64,000 bases of DNA from Squalus acanthias (Eukaryota): contig CM059432.1 of NCBI GenBank assembly GCA_030390025.1, forward strand, positions 135,224,001-135,288,000. The letters run 5' to 3'. Both the position numbers and the translations under genes were made by a program. A model generated the notes under the pieces. It saw only the letters and a program-made list of their open reading frames with translations. It was not told the DNA's origin and ran no database searches. Shown here piece after piece: positions 28,028-40,530 of the stretch; the stretch's first letter is position 1, and each line of letters opens with the position of its first letter.

Positions 28028-28536
28028 CTTTGGGACACTCTGAGAATTGCTTCCCAACATCAATCCTCAACTTGCATTTTACCAGTTTGTATCTTGTTTG
28101 CTTGTCCTGTGGTTGTGGTTTAACTTGAAATAATGCTCAAGATTTACTTTTTCTATTCCACTAAGAAAAGGAAACAACCAAATTTTATAACACCTTTAAA
28201 TCTTCAGAGTGTCCCAAAGCACTTCACAGTTAATAAATTACTTTTAAGGTGTAATAACTGCTATGTAAGTAAACAGAGCAATCGATTTGTGCACAGCAAG
28301 GTCCCATACAGCGGTGTGGTAAATGACCAGTTAATCTGGTTTAGTGGTGTTGGTGGAGGGATAACTTTTGCCCAGGACACTGGAAGATCGCCTCTGTGCT
28401 TCATCGAACAGTGCCACGGCATCTTTTATATCCACCTGAACAGGCAGATGTGGCCTTGATTTAATGTCCCATCCTATATACCTCTATAAGAAGGTCCCCT
28501 CTAATTCATTTCTTTTTAAGGCTGAAGAATCCAAGA

Positions 28537-29515
28537 GGGGGGATTTTAACCTAAAAAAACAGGTGGGTTTGGAGCGTGGGGGTAGTTAAATTGTTAAAAA
28601 TCAGATTCCCGACCTGAACACTTCCGGTTTTAACGGAGGTGGGACGGGAAGCAGGACTTGGGCGGGAGGTCAACCCGCTGCCAGGAGGCGGGACGGCAAT
28701 TTAAATATTACAATGAGACTGGAAGCCTCTTTTTTAATCTCGGTTTTGTTTTTAACTGCATCTGGACGGGTTTTACACACTTCGTAAAACCCGGCAGTTA
28801 CAGCAACACGGGAACTGCTGCATCCAGGAGGCAAGTGCCTTTATACCTACCTCCTGGATACAGGGTCCCTGCCTAACCCAGCCCCCGCAATCAGAGACCC
28901 CCCCCCCCCACCTCACGAGGCCTCCGATCACCTTCCCGGACTCTGCCCCCCCTCCCCACGATCATCCTGAGGCCGGCCACGATCTTCTGGTGGCCGGCCC
29001 TGATCTCCCCCTCCATCTCCCCAATCTTCGCCCCCTGCCCCTCCCCTGGTCCCACGATGTCGCCAACCTACCACCCCCCCACCCCGGTCCCATGATGTCC
29101 CTGATCTTCTCCCCACCCCACACTGGTCCTACAATGTCGGCGAACTTCTACCCCCCCCCCCCCCAGTCCCATGATGTCCCCGATCTTCTCCAACTCCCCC
29201 CTACACCCCCAGGTCACACGTTGCTGCCGATTTTTCATAGACCCTGCCCCCCCACCCTCCGGAGGCTGGCACCGGCCCCCACCCAATCCCTCCCTCCCTC
29301 CTCTGTGCGGTCTAGTGCCACAGGCCTACCCGCCCCGCCCGCAGCCAGCCAGCCTCTCCATTTGGCTGGTGCAGGTGGGAAACCGAGGCCTCGCGTGCAA
29401 ATCAGGCCCTGCTGCTAAAGTCGGCAGGGCCTGCAGGAAACCCGGCCTCCCGGGTTTCCCGACCACCTCGGCGACTTCCCCGCCCCCAACCCGCCTTCCC
29501 CATTAAAATTCAGCC
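28537..29515. mobile_element. GC-rich TIR-type repeat (family 3); related copies at ~31727-32245 and ~38670-38900
   Basis: GGGGGATTTTAAC...TTAAAATTCAGCC ends and shared blocks (gggtgggtt, cacttccggttttaa, aggaggcggg, tttaaatatt). Confidence 0.55.
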
Positions 29516-29725
29516 ACAAGTCTTTTCTAACCTTCCTCATAACTCACTCCCCTGGCGCTCAGCATCAGCCTCGTGGCCCTCCTCTGCACCATTTCCTAAG
29601 CCTTGGATGTTTCTGTTGTGCCTCGGTGATCAGAGCTGAAGGCAGTGTGCAAGTCATGGCCTGACCAGAGCAAGATACAACGTCAGCATGATGGCCACAG
29701 TCTTATTCTACTGGTGCAGCTCGGC

Positions 29726-29760
29726 GTTCTGATGAAGGGTCATCGACCTGAAACGTTAAC
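29726..29760 (+). ncRNA. Minimal hammerhead ribozyme motif in a short Penelope-type terminal fragment (to ~29825)
   Basis: GTT-CTGATGA-A-GGGTC(atc)GACCT-GAAACGT-T-AAC, followed by ctctccacagatgctgcctgacctgctgagt. A ribozyme-less piece of the same tail lies at ~38915-38975. Confidence 0.72.
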
Positions 29761-32700
29761 TCTGTTTCTCTCTCCACAGATGCTGCCTGACCTGCTGAGT
29801 GTTTCCAGCATTTTCTCTTTTTATTGCATCTCAGCATTCTGTTTGCTTTGTAACGTGCTGCTCTTCAATTACTGGACACAGTCAGAGTGGAGTCTGTTAT
29901 CATTCTGATCTTCCCAGCTCATGGATCAACTGCAGTGGAGATATCATATGAGGGAAGACCCATTCGCAAGCCTCTACCAGTGCCATTCTTTGCTGGCTAT
30001 TGGCAGCCAATTTTTCCTCCATACAGAAATGTACCTGAAGATTGGGAATTCTGCAGAGTGAAGGGATCAAACCCCTATCAATTTCCTGTCAATCCACAAC
30101 AATGTACGTCAATAATCCAACATGTTCTGCTACCTCAGGGACTGCAGGATTCTATATTTTGGCATCACACTGATTAGAGTTAATATTTTCCTAGTTCTAG
30201 TACAGAACCTGAATTAGTTTCACAAGATGAGGACAGTCACAGGAAATCTGCGTGATAATTAAATATTAGGGGGATTTTAACATTGTTCCTTGAATGCAAG
30301 TTCTTTATAAAAAGCAGATTCTAAAATAGGTTAACGCAGTAAGGCCCTGTGTGCACTGCAGCTGAAAAATACCCATTTGTGTTCACTTCTGATATGCTGT
30401 ATCAGTTTAGTCAATTTTGTATCTGGGCAATTACTACCGCAAAAAAAAACTCCGCTATCTTTCCGCTCAACTTGGTTTAATTCATTCGTTTTTACAAGTA
30501 GACTTGTACTCACGTTTTGTTTACAAAGCGTTTGAAAAGAATTTGTATTGCCTCTATAAACTATAAACTAGCAATAGCATGCACTTGCCTCCACTCAAAG
30601 GGACTGAGTAGCATAGTGGTTTAGTCAATTCGCCTCTGGAACCTGGATTTGAATCCAACCCAGACTGAGGAGGGGCGAAAGTCTCCTTGCCGCTTCTTGT
30701 GTAAGCCAGTCTTGCAAGTCTCCAGCCATTTTTATGCTGGTGCTGTTTCAGTTCAGATTCAAAGAGACCTGCATCTGTGAACCAGCTTGTGGTGTTTTCA
30801 TTGCGAAATCTAGCTTCCTCGCTCTGGTGGCAGACTGGCAGGCCCATGAGAACCTGGGTCTACAAGTCTGCCACCAGGATGAGGCAGCTGGATTTAGCAG
30901 CTTAAATGCCTGAAGCTGGTCCATGGATGGTGACTCCCACAATCCAAACGGAGCAGCACCAGTTCCTAGTCAGCACAACTCCACAGTGCAAATTGCCCAT
31001 AATTCGATGTTAATTATAATTCGCCCGCAGAGAAGAACTGTTGGCATGGGAAACAGAAGTGTCACGCTGGTACACAGTACGGGGGCTCTTCTAAGGTTAG
31101 GTCTAAGGTACATTGTTGAGGCAGACGAGGGCGAGCTTTACTCTGAATATAGTCTGCGCTAAGCCTGATTCGGCAGTGCTTGATGCGGATCGTTGATGCA
31201 AAAAGTAGAAACACATTCCATTCTCACCTTCACAAGCAGAGAAATTAAGCAACTATTGTGACAAAAATTAATTAAAACTATTATTACATTTCTGGCATTG
31301 GTGAAGTTGGGCTGAATGTGCTGTAAATTCAATGTAATTTAGATTTTTTGAGGAGAGTATCAGTGACCAAGACTCCTCATTTTTACTAATTTAACTAGCA
31401 ACGCCAAAGACCGAAGTAGATAAGTCATTTAATGCAGAATTACCCACATTCACTTCAGAGAAGTGCATTTTAGTCAACAATGTTGACTTGTCAAAGGTTT
31501 CAATAGACTCCTGAAAATATTAGATAGGAATCCCAAAAACCCAAGCAACAGGTTCAGTTTCTTGGGTAGTTTTGGCCTCAAGAACCTCAAGTTTTTTTGG
31601 TTAACTGGTTGGGTATTGACTTTTTTAATTAAGTCATTCGTTTTGCATGAAATTTTTTAAGTGTTCATCACAGATGAAAGTTGTACTAACAACACCACAG
31701 CAGAAAAATAGTGCAAATCCACATATAGGGGAGAATGTTAACCCCAGAAAAGGGTGGGTTGGGGTCGTGTGGGAAGTTAAAGTGTTAAAAATCTGAATCC
31801 CGACCAGAACCCGCCTCCAACCCGCCCACTTCCGGTTTTAATGGAGGCGGGATGGGAGGGGAGTGGGCGGGCAGCCAACCCGCTTTGGGAGGCAGGCCGC
31901 CCATTTAAATATTATAATTAATCTGCCATGCCTCAGATTTAACCACCATTTTAAATTTAACTGTAGCTGGTCGGGTTTTGCATGCCTCATGAAACCCGCC
32001 AGCTAATGGAAAGTGAGGACTGCTGGATCCAGGAGCTAAGTGTCTTTACACTTACCTCCTGGACCCAACGTCCCTGCCTAACACCCCCCCCACACCAACA
32101 AGGCCTCCGATTTCACCCCCACACAAGGCCTCCAATTCCCCTCACGAGGCCTCCCCCACCTCGTGCATCTCCAGCCCTCCGACGTCATCTGCCTGCCACC
32201 ACCCTCCACCCCACTCCCAACCCGCCAAACTGTTAAAATTAAGGCTATAGGTTCATACTTTCCTGGAAAATGTATTTGTATGCCAGTAATATTGTGCACG
32301 GAAAAGTATTAACCCATCACATGTTGACAGTTGGAAATTAATTTACCCTTAAAATGTGCTAAAAATAATTTCCGAATCCATTGGTTATAAACAGGTGGCT
32401 ATGACCGAAATATATTAACAAAAAGTTTATGGTAGTTTCATAATTATTATTAGCCAGTTTAATTATGGAGCTAAAAACAGTATTCTTGCACAACACAATA
32501 TACTGTATAGTGGTTGTAAAAAATATTTGTAATTCATTGCAGATTATAGAAAGACAGACGGAAAGAGAGAGAAAGAAAAAGGAAAAATAATAATTTGTAT
32601 TTCTACAGCGCCTCTCATGACCTCAGGACGTCCCAAAGCGCTTTACAACCAATAAAGTACTTCTGCAGTGTAGTCACTGTTGTAATGTAGGGAAATAATG

Positions 32701-33264
32701 TAATAACATTTCAGCCCTTAATGTTTTAGTATGGGTTTCATCACACACCAACAATATGTGGGATACTTTCTGTCTGCATTTACACAGGCAGCTGCTACTA
32801 ATACAAATGTGGACCCAAAACTGCATCATATATTTCACAAACAAAATTAAGGCGGGAGAGTGAGGACAGAGAACATACAATTAAGAAAGAATGAACACTT
32901 TCATACAGCGCCTTTCATTACTTCACATCCCAAAGCACTTCACAGCCAATGATGTACTTTTGAAGTGTAGTCACTGCTGTAATATAAGGGAGCACAGCAA
33001 CCAATTTGGGCACAGCAAGCTCCCACAAAGAGGGATGAGATAAATGATCAGATAATCTGGTCAGTGATGTTGGTGGAAGGATAAATATTGACCAGTTAGA
33101 ATTCCCCTGCTCTTTGTCAAGTAGTGCTATGGGATCTTTTACATCCACCTGAGAGGGCAGATGAGGTATTGGTTTAATGTCTCATTTGAAAGGCGTCACA
33201 TCCAAGATTGCAGCACTCCCTCAGTACATGCCGAAGTGTCAGCTAGATTGTGTGTTTAAGTCTT

Positions 33265-34117
33265 GGTTGCGCCTCCCGTTAGCGCCTTAAGAGGGCGCTA
33301 ATGGGGCGCAAAGCAACTAGCGCCCGGGTGCGGCAATGTTTGCGCCGCTCGCTAAATTAACTAGACATTTTGCGGCGGCGCTAAACACTACCGCCACGAT
33401 CTCCTGCGCCGGCAGATCGTGACGTCAGTCGAGTGCGCAGTGCCCCGGAGCGGATATTGAGTGGCGCCCCCTGCCTTACCGCCTGCCGCTAGCAATGACA
33501 GGTTGAGGGGAGCGTTTTGCAGTCAGGAAGGGACGGGGGAGAGCTATTTAAAGGCGACCGCTTCCTGCCTTTTTTTGTTGGTAACATTTTTGAACCACGC
33601 ATTCTGAGAGAGAGCGAGAGAGAGAGAGAGACTTCTGGAGAGATTCAACGCTGTGTGAAGGAGTTTTGGGTACTGAGCAGCACTTTACAGGTTCATTTTG
33701 ATTTGCCCTTCCTTGTATCGATTTAGAAGAGACTGTGGGGGTTGTACTCTGAGCTCTTTCCCTGGTTCTCTCCATTGTTCTTTCCAGCAGATTTGATGTA
33801 CAGGTCTCTCCAGGCCGAGATTCAAGGCTGCAATGAGCAGGATGTGGATGGAAAGCAAGATCAACCCACCCCTTTAAGAACTGGCCGGCACCATTGTGTC
33901 TGTGTTCCCTTGCTGACTGACATCACATGAGCTTCGCCAGCGCTCTGAGTTAGCGCCTCGCTCCTCGGCCTTTGCGCCTTAAGACAGATGTGTAGCGCCT
34001 GATTTAGCGCTCCAATCACCTCCAGGGGCGATAAAAGTCAAGTTTGCAGTCGGAGGTGATAATTAGCGCCAGGCTGATAATTGCGCCCCAAATGGGGCGA
34101 TACTGAATTTCTCCCCC
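33265..34117. mobile_element. GC-rich TIR-type repeat fragment (tagcgcc-rich), likely Harbinger-derived
   Basis: Repeated tagcgcc/ggcgcta motifs and the right end AATTTCTCCCC resemble the other TIR families; left end unclear. Confidence 0.45.
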
Positions 34118-34241
34118 TTGGATTGCTACCACTAATTGGCGAAAGTAAAATTTAAAACAGATATTGGGAAGACCTTCTTTACTGACTGATGTTTCATGTT
34201 TGGAATAACTTGCCAGGCAGGGTAGTAAAGACAAAAACATT

Positions 34242-35004
34242 GGCCCAGAATTTGTAATTGTAATGACAGCGAAACTGTCAGCGCTTGTTGTCATTACGGT
34301 GTAAAACTGAACTTCTGGCATCTGCAACATGCGCATTTAAGCGCGGCAATCCAGAGGTTGCTGTCATTGATACCCTGCTCCTCCACAGGGTGCAGTCTTC
34401 ATAGATGCAATCAACACAGAATCAGTGATTTGACGTGAACTTCAACTTTTTACACGCTATTCTTGCTGTAAAAACCATTGAAAAAGTTAAGCTTTGTTGA
34501 ATGAGGTGTAAACTCAGTTTTTAACAACTTACTAAGTCATAATTACTTCTGAACAAACTCTCTGGCCTTGAAAAACTAATTTTATAAGTCGGGAGTGTTA
34601 TTCCCTCCATTCCATGATAAAAATTCCATAGATATTTAAAATAATAAAAATTATTTTTTATTTTATTTTTTTAAGTTTGTTTACGATTCTACCTTAATCC
34701 CATGTGTAAGTCCAAATCTTCATTTCGCTTTCCATAAAATGATTAAAAATTAATGATAAATCAGTGCTATTTACTTCGTGGTTTGCTGTCTGTTAGAATT
34801 ATTCAATCTGATTGGCTGCTCAGCCTGCTTGATGACATCACTATTGCTGGACGCCACAGATCACCTACAGATGGTGCCAGAAGGAAAGTCACATCGGAAT
34901 AAGGGGAAATCGATGCCACAGAGCCCACTAAACCTCTGTGGGCAGCTTTCTTAGAGGTCAGCAGCGAATGCCTTCCCTTCACCGCTGACCGCAAAATCCA
35001 AGCC
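34242..35004. mobile_element. Non-autonomous TIR element, Harbinger-like family 2
   Basis: ATT|GGCCCAGAATTT...AAAATCCAAGCC|ATT; colinear similarity with 22023-22758. Confidence 0.7.
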
Positions 35005-35820
35005 ATTATGGATGTTCATAATGTAGCTGGGTATTATAATGGGAAAGTTACAATACTAGAGGAATGAGCTTCTATGGGGTGAATGGCCTTTTTTTTGGCA
35101 CTTTTTTTATATTTACCATGGTTTCTTCCCACGTCCTGGATAGACATCCCATCCTCTGCTGTTGCCACTTACTGACCTCCTACCAATAATGCTCCGATTC
35201 TAGGACTGACACTTACCCTCCCATTGCCCCTCCAGTCTCCTACACTCTATTACTGGTCTCACACCTGGACTGGTGATGACTGCTTTATTAAGATTTATAG
35301 AAATACTGGTATTCTGGACTCGTTTCAAGGCTGCGGTCTGAGATTCAAGTGGCATTTATCAATCTCGAGTTCTGCGTTTACAGTCTGCAATACAACTTGA
35401 TTTATACAACACTCCTAAATATAATAAAACATCCCAAAGTGTTTCCCAAAGCCAAAAACAGACAACAGAGGGGAGAAGAGTTAGAGGAAGCCAGTGAAGA
35501 TATAGTCAAAGGGATAAATTTTCAGGAAGGTTATGAAGGAGGGGAGGGAGGTAACTGGAAAGAGAATTCCACAATGTGGTGTCAAGATAGTGGAAGGCTC
35601 CAAGGCAGAGCGAGGGGTGAAAAGGAGGCGAAAGTCACAAGAATAGAGAGTGCTGCTGGTAGGTACAGCTGAAGGAGGTTGTAGAGATGGAGGAAGAAGC
35701 CATGGAGGGATTTGTAGATGAGGACAAGCATTTTCAATGTGATGTGTGTGTAACAAGAAATAGGAGCAGGAGTAGGCCATTTAGCCCTTTGAGCCTGCTC
35801 CGCCATTCAATAAGATCATG

Positions 35821-36194
35821 AGAAGTCGCACAACACCAGGTTATAGTCCAACAGTTTTATTTGAAATCACGAGCTTTCGGAGCGCTGCTCCTTCGTCAGG
35901 TAAAGTGAAGGAATACAAATCAGCAAAGCATATATAGACAGAGAACAATGTGTAGCGTACAATGTCAGACAACTACAGTAAATCTTTTTACTGTAGTCGT
36001 CTGACATTGTACGCTACACATTGTTCTCTGTCTATATATGCTTTGCTGATTTGTATTCCTTCACTTTACCTGACGAAGGAGCAGCGCTCCGAAAGCTCGT
36101 GATTTCAAATAAAACTGTTGGACTATAACCTGGTGTTGTGCGACTTCTCATTTTTGTCCACCCCAGTCCAACACTGGCATCTCCGCATCATGGC
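35821..36194. mobile_element. Penelope-like pseudo-LTR fragment forming a 165-bp hairpin, inserted into a CR1 3' end
   Basis: Arms 35818-35982 and 35987-36151 with a 4-nt loop and 1 mismatch seen; same family as the 61.3 kb element; TSD CAATAAGATCATG (35808-35820, 36195-36207). Confidence 0.88.
36066..36102 (+). ncRNA. Minimal type I hammerhead ribozyme motif (Penelope-associated); mirror copy on minus strand at 35867-35903
   Basis: TTAC-CTGACGA-A-GGAGC(agc)GCTCC-GAAAGCT-C-GTGA: CUGANGA and GAAA cores, stem II, stem I, and palindromic AGCT in place of stem III. Confidence 0.75.
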
Positions 36195-36635
36195 CAATAA
36201 GATCATGGATGATCTTCTATCTCATCTCCACTTTCCTGCACTATCCCCATATCCCTTGATTCCCTTAATATCCAAATATCTATCGATCTCTGTCTTGAAT
36301 ATACTCAACGACTGAGCCTCCACAGCCCTCTGGGGTAGAGAATTCCAAAGATTCACCACCCTCTGAGTGAAGAAATTTCTCCTCATCTCAGTCCTAAATG
36401 GTCGACCCCTTATTCTGAGATTGTGACCCCTGGTTCTGGACTCCCCAGCCAGGGGAAACATCCTCCCTGCATCTACCCTGTCAAGCCCTGTAAAAATTTT
36501 GTATGTTTCAATGAGATCACCTCTCATTCTTCTAAACTCTGGAGAATATAGGCCTAGTCTGCTCCATCTCTCCTCATAGGACAATCCCCCCATCCCAGGA
36601 ACCAGTCTGGTGAACCTTCGTTGCACTCCCTCTAA
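36195..36635 (-). mobile_element. CR1 3' fragment (its tail at 35753-35820 is separated by the Penelope hairpin)
   Basis: ORF 36222-36713 carries CR1 C-terminal motifs. Confidence 0.85.
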
Positions 36636-37846
36636 TGGGGAGCCAAATGGAGGTTGCTGAGTATGGGCAGCAGATTTATGGATGAGTTTCAGTTTATACA
36701 ACATGGAATCCAAGGGGCCAGCAAGGAGAGTATTGTAATCAAGCCTGGTGGTGACGCAGGGGTGCAGCTGAGGTCTCCAGCGGCCGCGGGGTGAAGAAGG
36801 TGTGGAAGTGGCCTTAGTGATGGTTAGGATGTACCATTTGAAGCTTATCAGTGGATCTATGTGAACAGTGGTGGGGGGGCCTAGGATGTGGAGATGTTAG
36901 CAGCAGTTGAACAGGATGGCTTCCAGCTTGCCATTGTTAACCTGAAGAAAGTTCTCACTCATCCACAACTCGATGTCTGATAAGCAGTGGGACAGGATAG
37001 TGGTGGTCATGGAGTTATCTGACTGTGTTCGATCACTCCAAATATCCATTATTCTCTGTCTAGCAGCAGAGAATAACTTTTTGACCAATGTCATCTTGAG
37101 TGTTCTCTGACATTACAACTGGTAATCGGCTCCCGCTAGACAACACGTGAAACAGTCCCACCAAAACCAGCACTGAACATCTCACCTTAATATTGAAAAA
37201 AAGCAGTCTGAAGTGCAAAACAGTTGATGATGGGGCAAATCATTTGTGAGCACTTTGCTCCAGAATAGCCAACGTGTGTTTACCTCCCCCCCCAACCCCC
37301 AAAAAAAATAACTTTGATGGCAGTTTCTAAACAATCGCTGTGTTAAATACAAGAGGAGAGGGGGGAGAAATCAGCAAGTTGCGCAGAATCAGTAAATGAT
37401 GTCGAGAAATTGAAAATACGACCACAGTTTCAGCATGACAAATGAAAAACAGGAAATTAAGGGTGTATATCGGGTTGAGCACTGTCACAAGAATACATAC
37501 GCAAGCACGTGGATATGCTCGACTCATTTCTCTGCAGGGATGGTGTTTTGTGCCTCTTTACAACACAATTCTGGGATTTAACCTGAGCTACTTTGCAACA
37601 GGTGCGCACACATGACCACGACCTCTAACCTCACTCAGCGTGTTTGTTTGTTTTCTATTACTCCCTATCTTCCTCACAGCAAGAAGTAAATAGTACAGAG
37701 ACACATAGGACTGTGATCATTAGAAAGACTTGGTGTCGGACCAGCCCACAGATCCAAAACAAAAATCAGTCAAGCTGCAAACCAACAGCGCCAATATCGG
37801 TCTCCCCAAAGCTCCCTTGGAAGCGGCGCAAGCGACCTGTACAAAC

Positions 37847-37940
37847 CTCCTGCGGCGGCGCTGGAGGCGGCATCCCGCTGGTTAAACTCGAAGAGAAAGC
37901 CGAAGTCAAACTCTTCCTCGTCCTCGCAGAGGGAAGTCAT
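37847..37940 (-). CDS. NFATC1: NFATC1 alternative first coding exon, beta type (MTSLCEDEEEFDFGFLFEFNQRDAASSAAAG)
   Basis: Peptide resembles the mammalian beta N-terminus MTGLEDQEFDFEFLFEFNQRDEGAAAAAP. 94 nt = 31 codons + 1, ending GGA G|gtttgt (phase 1), compatible with exon 2. Confidence 0.9.
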
Positions 37941-38270
37941 GGGTGCGGGGTTTGGGGAGGCGATCGTTCGCTCGCCCAAGACACAGCTGCGGCGGACTGG
38001 GCAGCGCTCAGCTCAGCTTCCCCTTCGACACGCTGCATCCAGGAAACTCGGCATCAAAGATTAGAAAAAAAAAACCAAACTCCCCCACTTTCTTCACTCT
38101 TCAGAGTGTGAGGAAAGGGGACCTGTCGCCCTGCAGCTGACCGACCTCTTCTGGATAGGCATCCAATTGCTGCCGTGTGGTTTTTTTTTTGCTACCGTTA
38201 ACGTTTTTCCTGTGTATTTCGGCGGGTTAATTTCCTCCGAAGTCGCACTCGCTCGGTTTCCGGGTATCAA
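37941..38270 (-). promoter_or_regulatory. 5' leader / likely P2-equivalent promoter of NFATC1 exon 1-beta
   Basis: Locally CpG-enriched, non-repetitive sequence immediately upstream of the beta ATG. Confidence 0.5.
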
Positions 38271-39299
38271 GAGAGGTGCAACATAGTTAATGTGTTACTT
38301 TCTCCGAATTTACGTTATATATTGTAGGCAGTAGTCCTTAATCATCTGTTCCCCCCCCCACAAAAAGTAAATCTCTATAGAATATATGATGTTAATCTTT
38401 GGGGTTGTAGTTTTAATAAACTGAAACAGGGGTGTCACATTTTAATACCATTACATAGAAACACGACCTGATAGGTTCCAATATGAAAATTAATCATGTC
38501 TGATTAATGCTTAGTTTACATAATTTTGCAAGTCGGGGGATATCAAACACAAAAAACTTTCATGTGTTCCAGTTTATTTCATTGTCGTTTTAAGCCATAT
38601 ATCGCCCTTTCCCTGCCTCTGTACTTGATTAAAACCTGTTACATCTCTAACTATTTCCAGTTTTATTTTCTGAGGTAAGAGTGGGTGGGTTGGGGGGGAG
38701 TAGTGAAAGTTGCAAAAATGTGAATCCCAACCCACCTCCAACCCTCTCACTTTCACCTTTCACTCAAGTGGGGCTGCCAATCCGTTGTCAGGAGGCGGGT
38801 TAACAATTTAAATATTATAATGAGACCTGACGCTTCTACTTTAACCTGCCCTGTATACAATTTCCCGCGCCCCCCCACCCCTGCACCATACTACTGGGAC
38901 CTGGGAAAATCCAGCTTCTCTCTCCACAGATGCTGCCTGGCCTGCTGAGTGTTTCCAGCATTTTCTGTTTTTATTAATTTCAAGAAGTGTTTTACACTTT
39001 AACTGCAGACCGTTTGTATAGATCCCAAATTTACACCCGAAAGTCAAATCCCCGTGATAAACAAAGAATTGAGAGATTTAAGCTGCCTGCATGGCTAATA
39101 CAGATTGCAACACACTCCATTACTATTTCAGTTTTTGAGTATTCTCTGCACTGAAACTGCATTTGTAGTAATATCGCAATGTATTAGGCAGAAGATCGTT
39201 CCTCCAACTAGCTTATTGTCCAAACCTCCTTACTAGAACTAATAGCCCTGTATCCAATTTACTAACAGAAATCCATCCAATCACTTTTTCTTTTTAAAA

Positions 39300-40530
39300 A
39301 CTGCCAATGTTTTTGTTTGTTCTCTGGATGTGGGCAACACTGACAAGACCACATTTATTGCCCATCCCTAGTTGGTCTAAGAAGATGGCAGTGGCCTTCT
39401 CCTTGAACCGCTGCTGTTCTTGTGGTGACCATTCCCTCACAAGGATGTTGGTTAGGGAATTCCAGGATATTGACTCAGCCACAATGAAGTGATCTATGTG
39501 CAAGTCAGATTAGCGTGTGACTTGGAAGGGAACTTGCATGTGAAGTATTCCCAAGACATTGCTTGTCCTTCTTGATGGTAGAGACTGCAGGGTAGGGAGG
39601 TGCTGCTGCAGTAACCTTAGCGAGGTGCTACGGTGCATCCTGCAAATTATACATACTGCAGCCACAGTGTGCTGGTGCTGGATACAGGATCCATTGGCGG
39701 GCGTACCAATCAAGCAAACTGCTCTATCCTGGATGGTGTCGAGCTTCTTGAGTTTTGTTGCAGCTGCACCCATCCAGATAAGTGGTGAGTATTCCATCAC
39801 ATGCCTGACTTGTGTCTTATATAGACAGTGGAGAGGCTGCAAGGGGTCAGTAGGTGAACCATTCATCGCAGGCTACCTTGCTCTTGTAGCCACAGTGTTG
39901 ATAATGGCTGGTCCATTTAAGTTTCTGGTTAATGGTGATCTCCAAGATGATGATGGTGGGAGAATTTGGTGATGGTGGTGCCATTAAAGCTTGGGTGAGA
40001 TGGCTGGGCTTTTTCTTGTTAGAGATGGTTATTACCTGTCGCAAATTTTGCCTGCCACTTGTCAGCCAAAGCCTGGATATTATCCAGATTCTACTGTAGG
40101 CTGGCATGAGCAGCTTCATTTTATTGGAGTAGTTGTGGATGGAGCTGAACACTGGAATTCAATGCACAGCTCCAGTCCTGAGCTTATCATGAGGAAAGGT
40201 TATTGATGAAGCAGCTGAAGATGGTTGGGCCAAGGACACTTCCATGAGGAACTCTTGCAGTGATGTTATAGCCCTGTGATAATTAGCCTCCAACAAACAT
40301 AACCATCTTGCTTTGTGTCAGGTATGACTCTAGCCATTAGAAGGTTTTCCCTTTGACTCCCATTGACATCTGTTTTGCTAGAGCTCCTTGGTACTATGTT
40401 CAGTCGCATGCTGCCTTGACACTGAGGGCATTTACTCTCACCTCTCCTTTGGCATTCAGCTCTTGCACCCATGTCTGGATCAAGACTATGATGAGATCAG
40501 GAGCCGAGTGGTTTGGAGCAACCTGAACTG
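39300..40530 (-). mobile_element. Degraded LINE (CR1/L2 group) RT 3' portion
   Basis: LYKTQVRHVMEYSPLIWMGAA...LDTIQDRAVCLIG. The same 3' end occurs as short fragments at ~12225-12510, 14690-14910 and 52895-52990/57470-57645. Confidence 0.65.

Noticed and set aside
28920..29320. Pro-rich ORFs / G-quadruplex-like tract
   Set aside because: Low-complexity C-rich interior of a dispersed repeat family; not specific to this locus.
37770..37979. ORF-track extension of exon 1-beta (MGERTIASP... and ...LYRSLAP)
   Set aside because: The upstream start is TTG and the downstream part is intron read-through; homology and phase support only 37847-37940.
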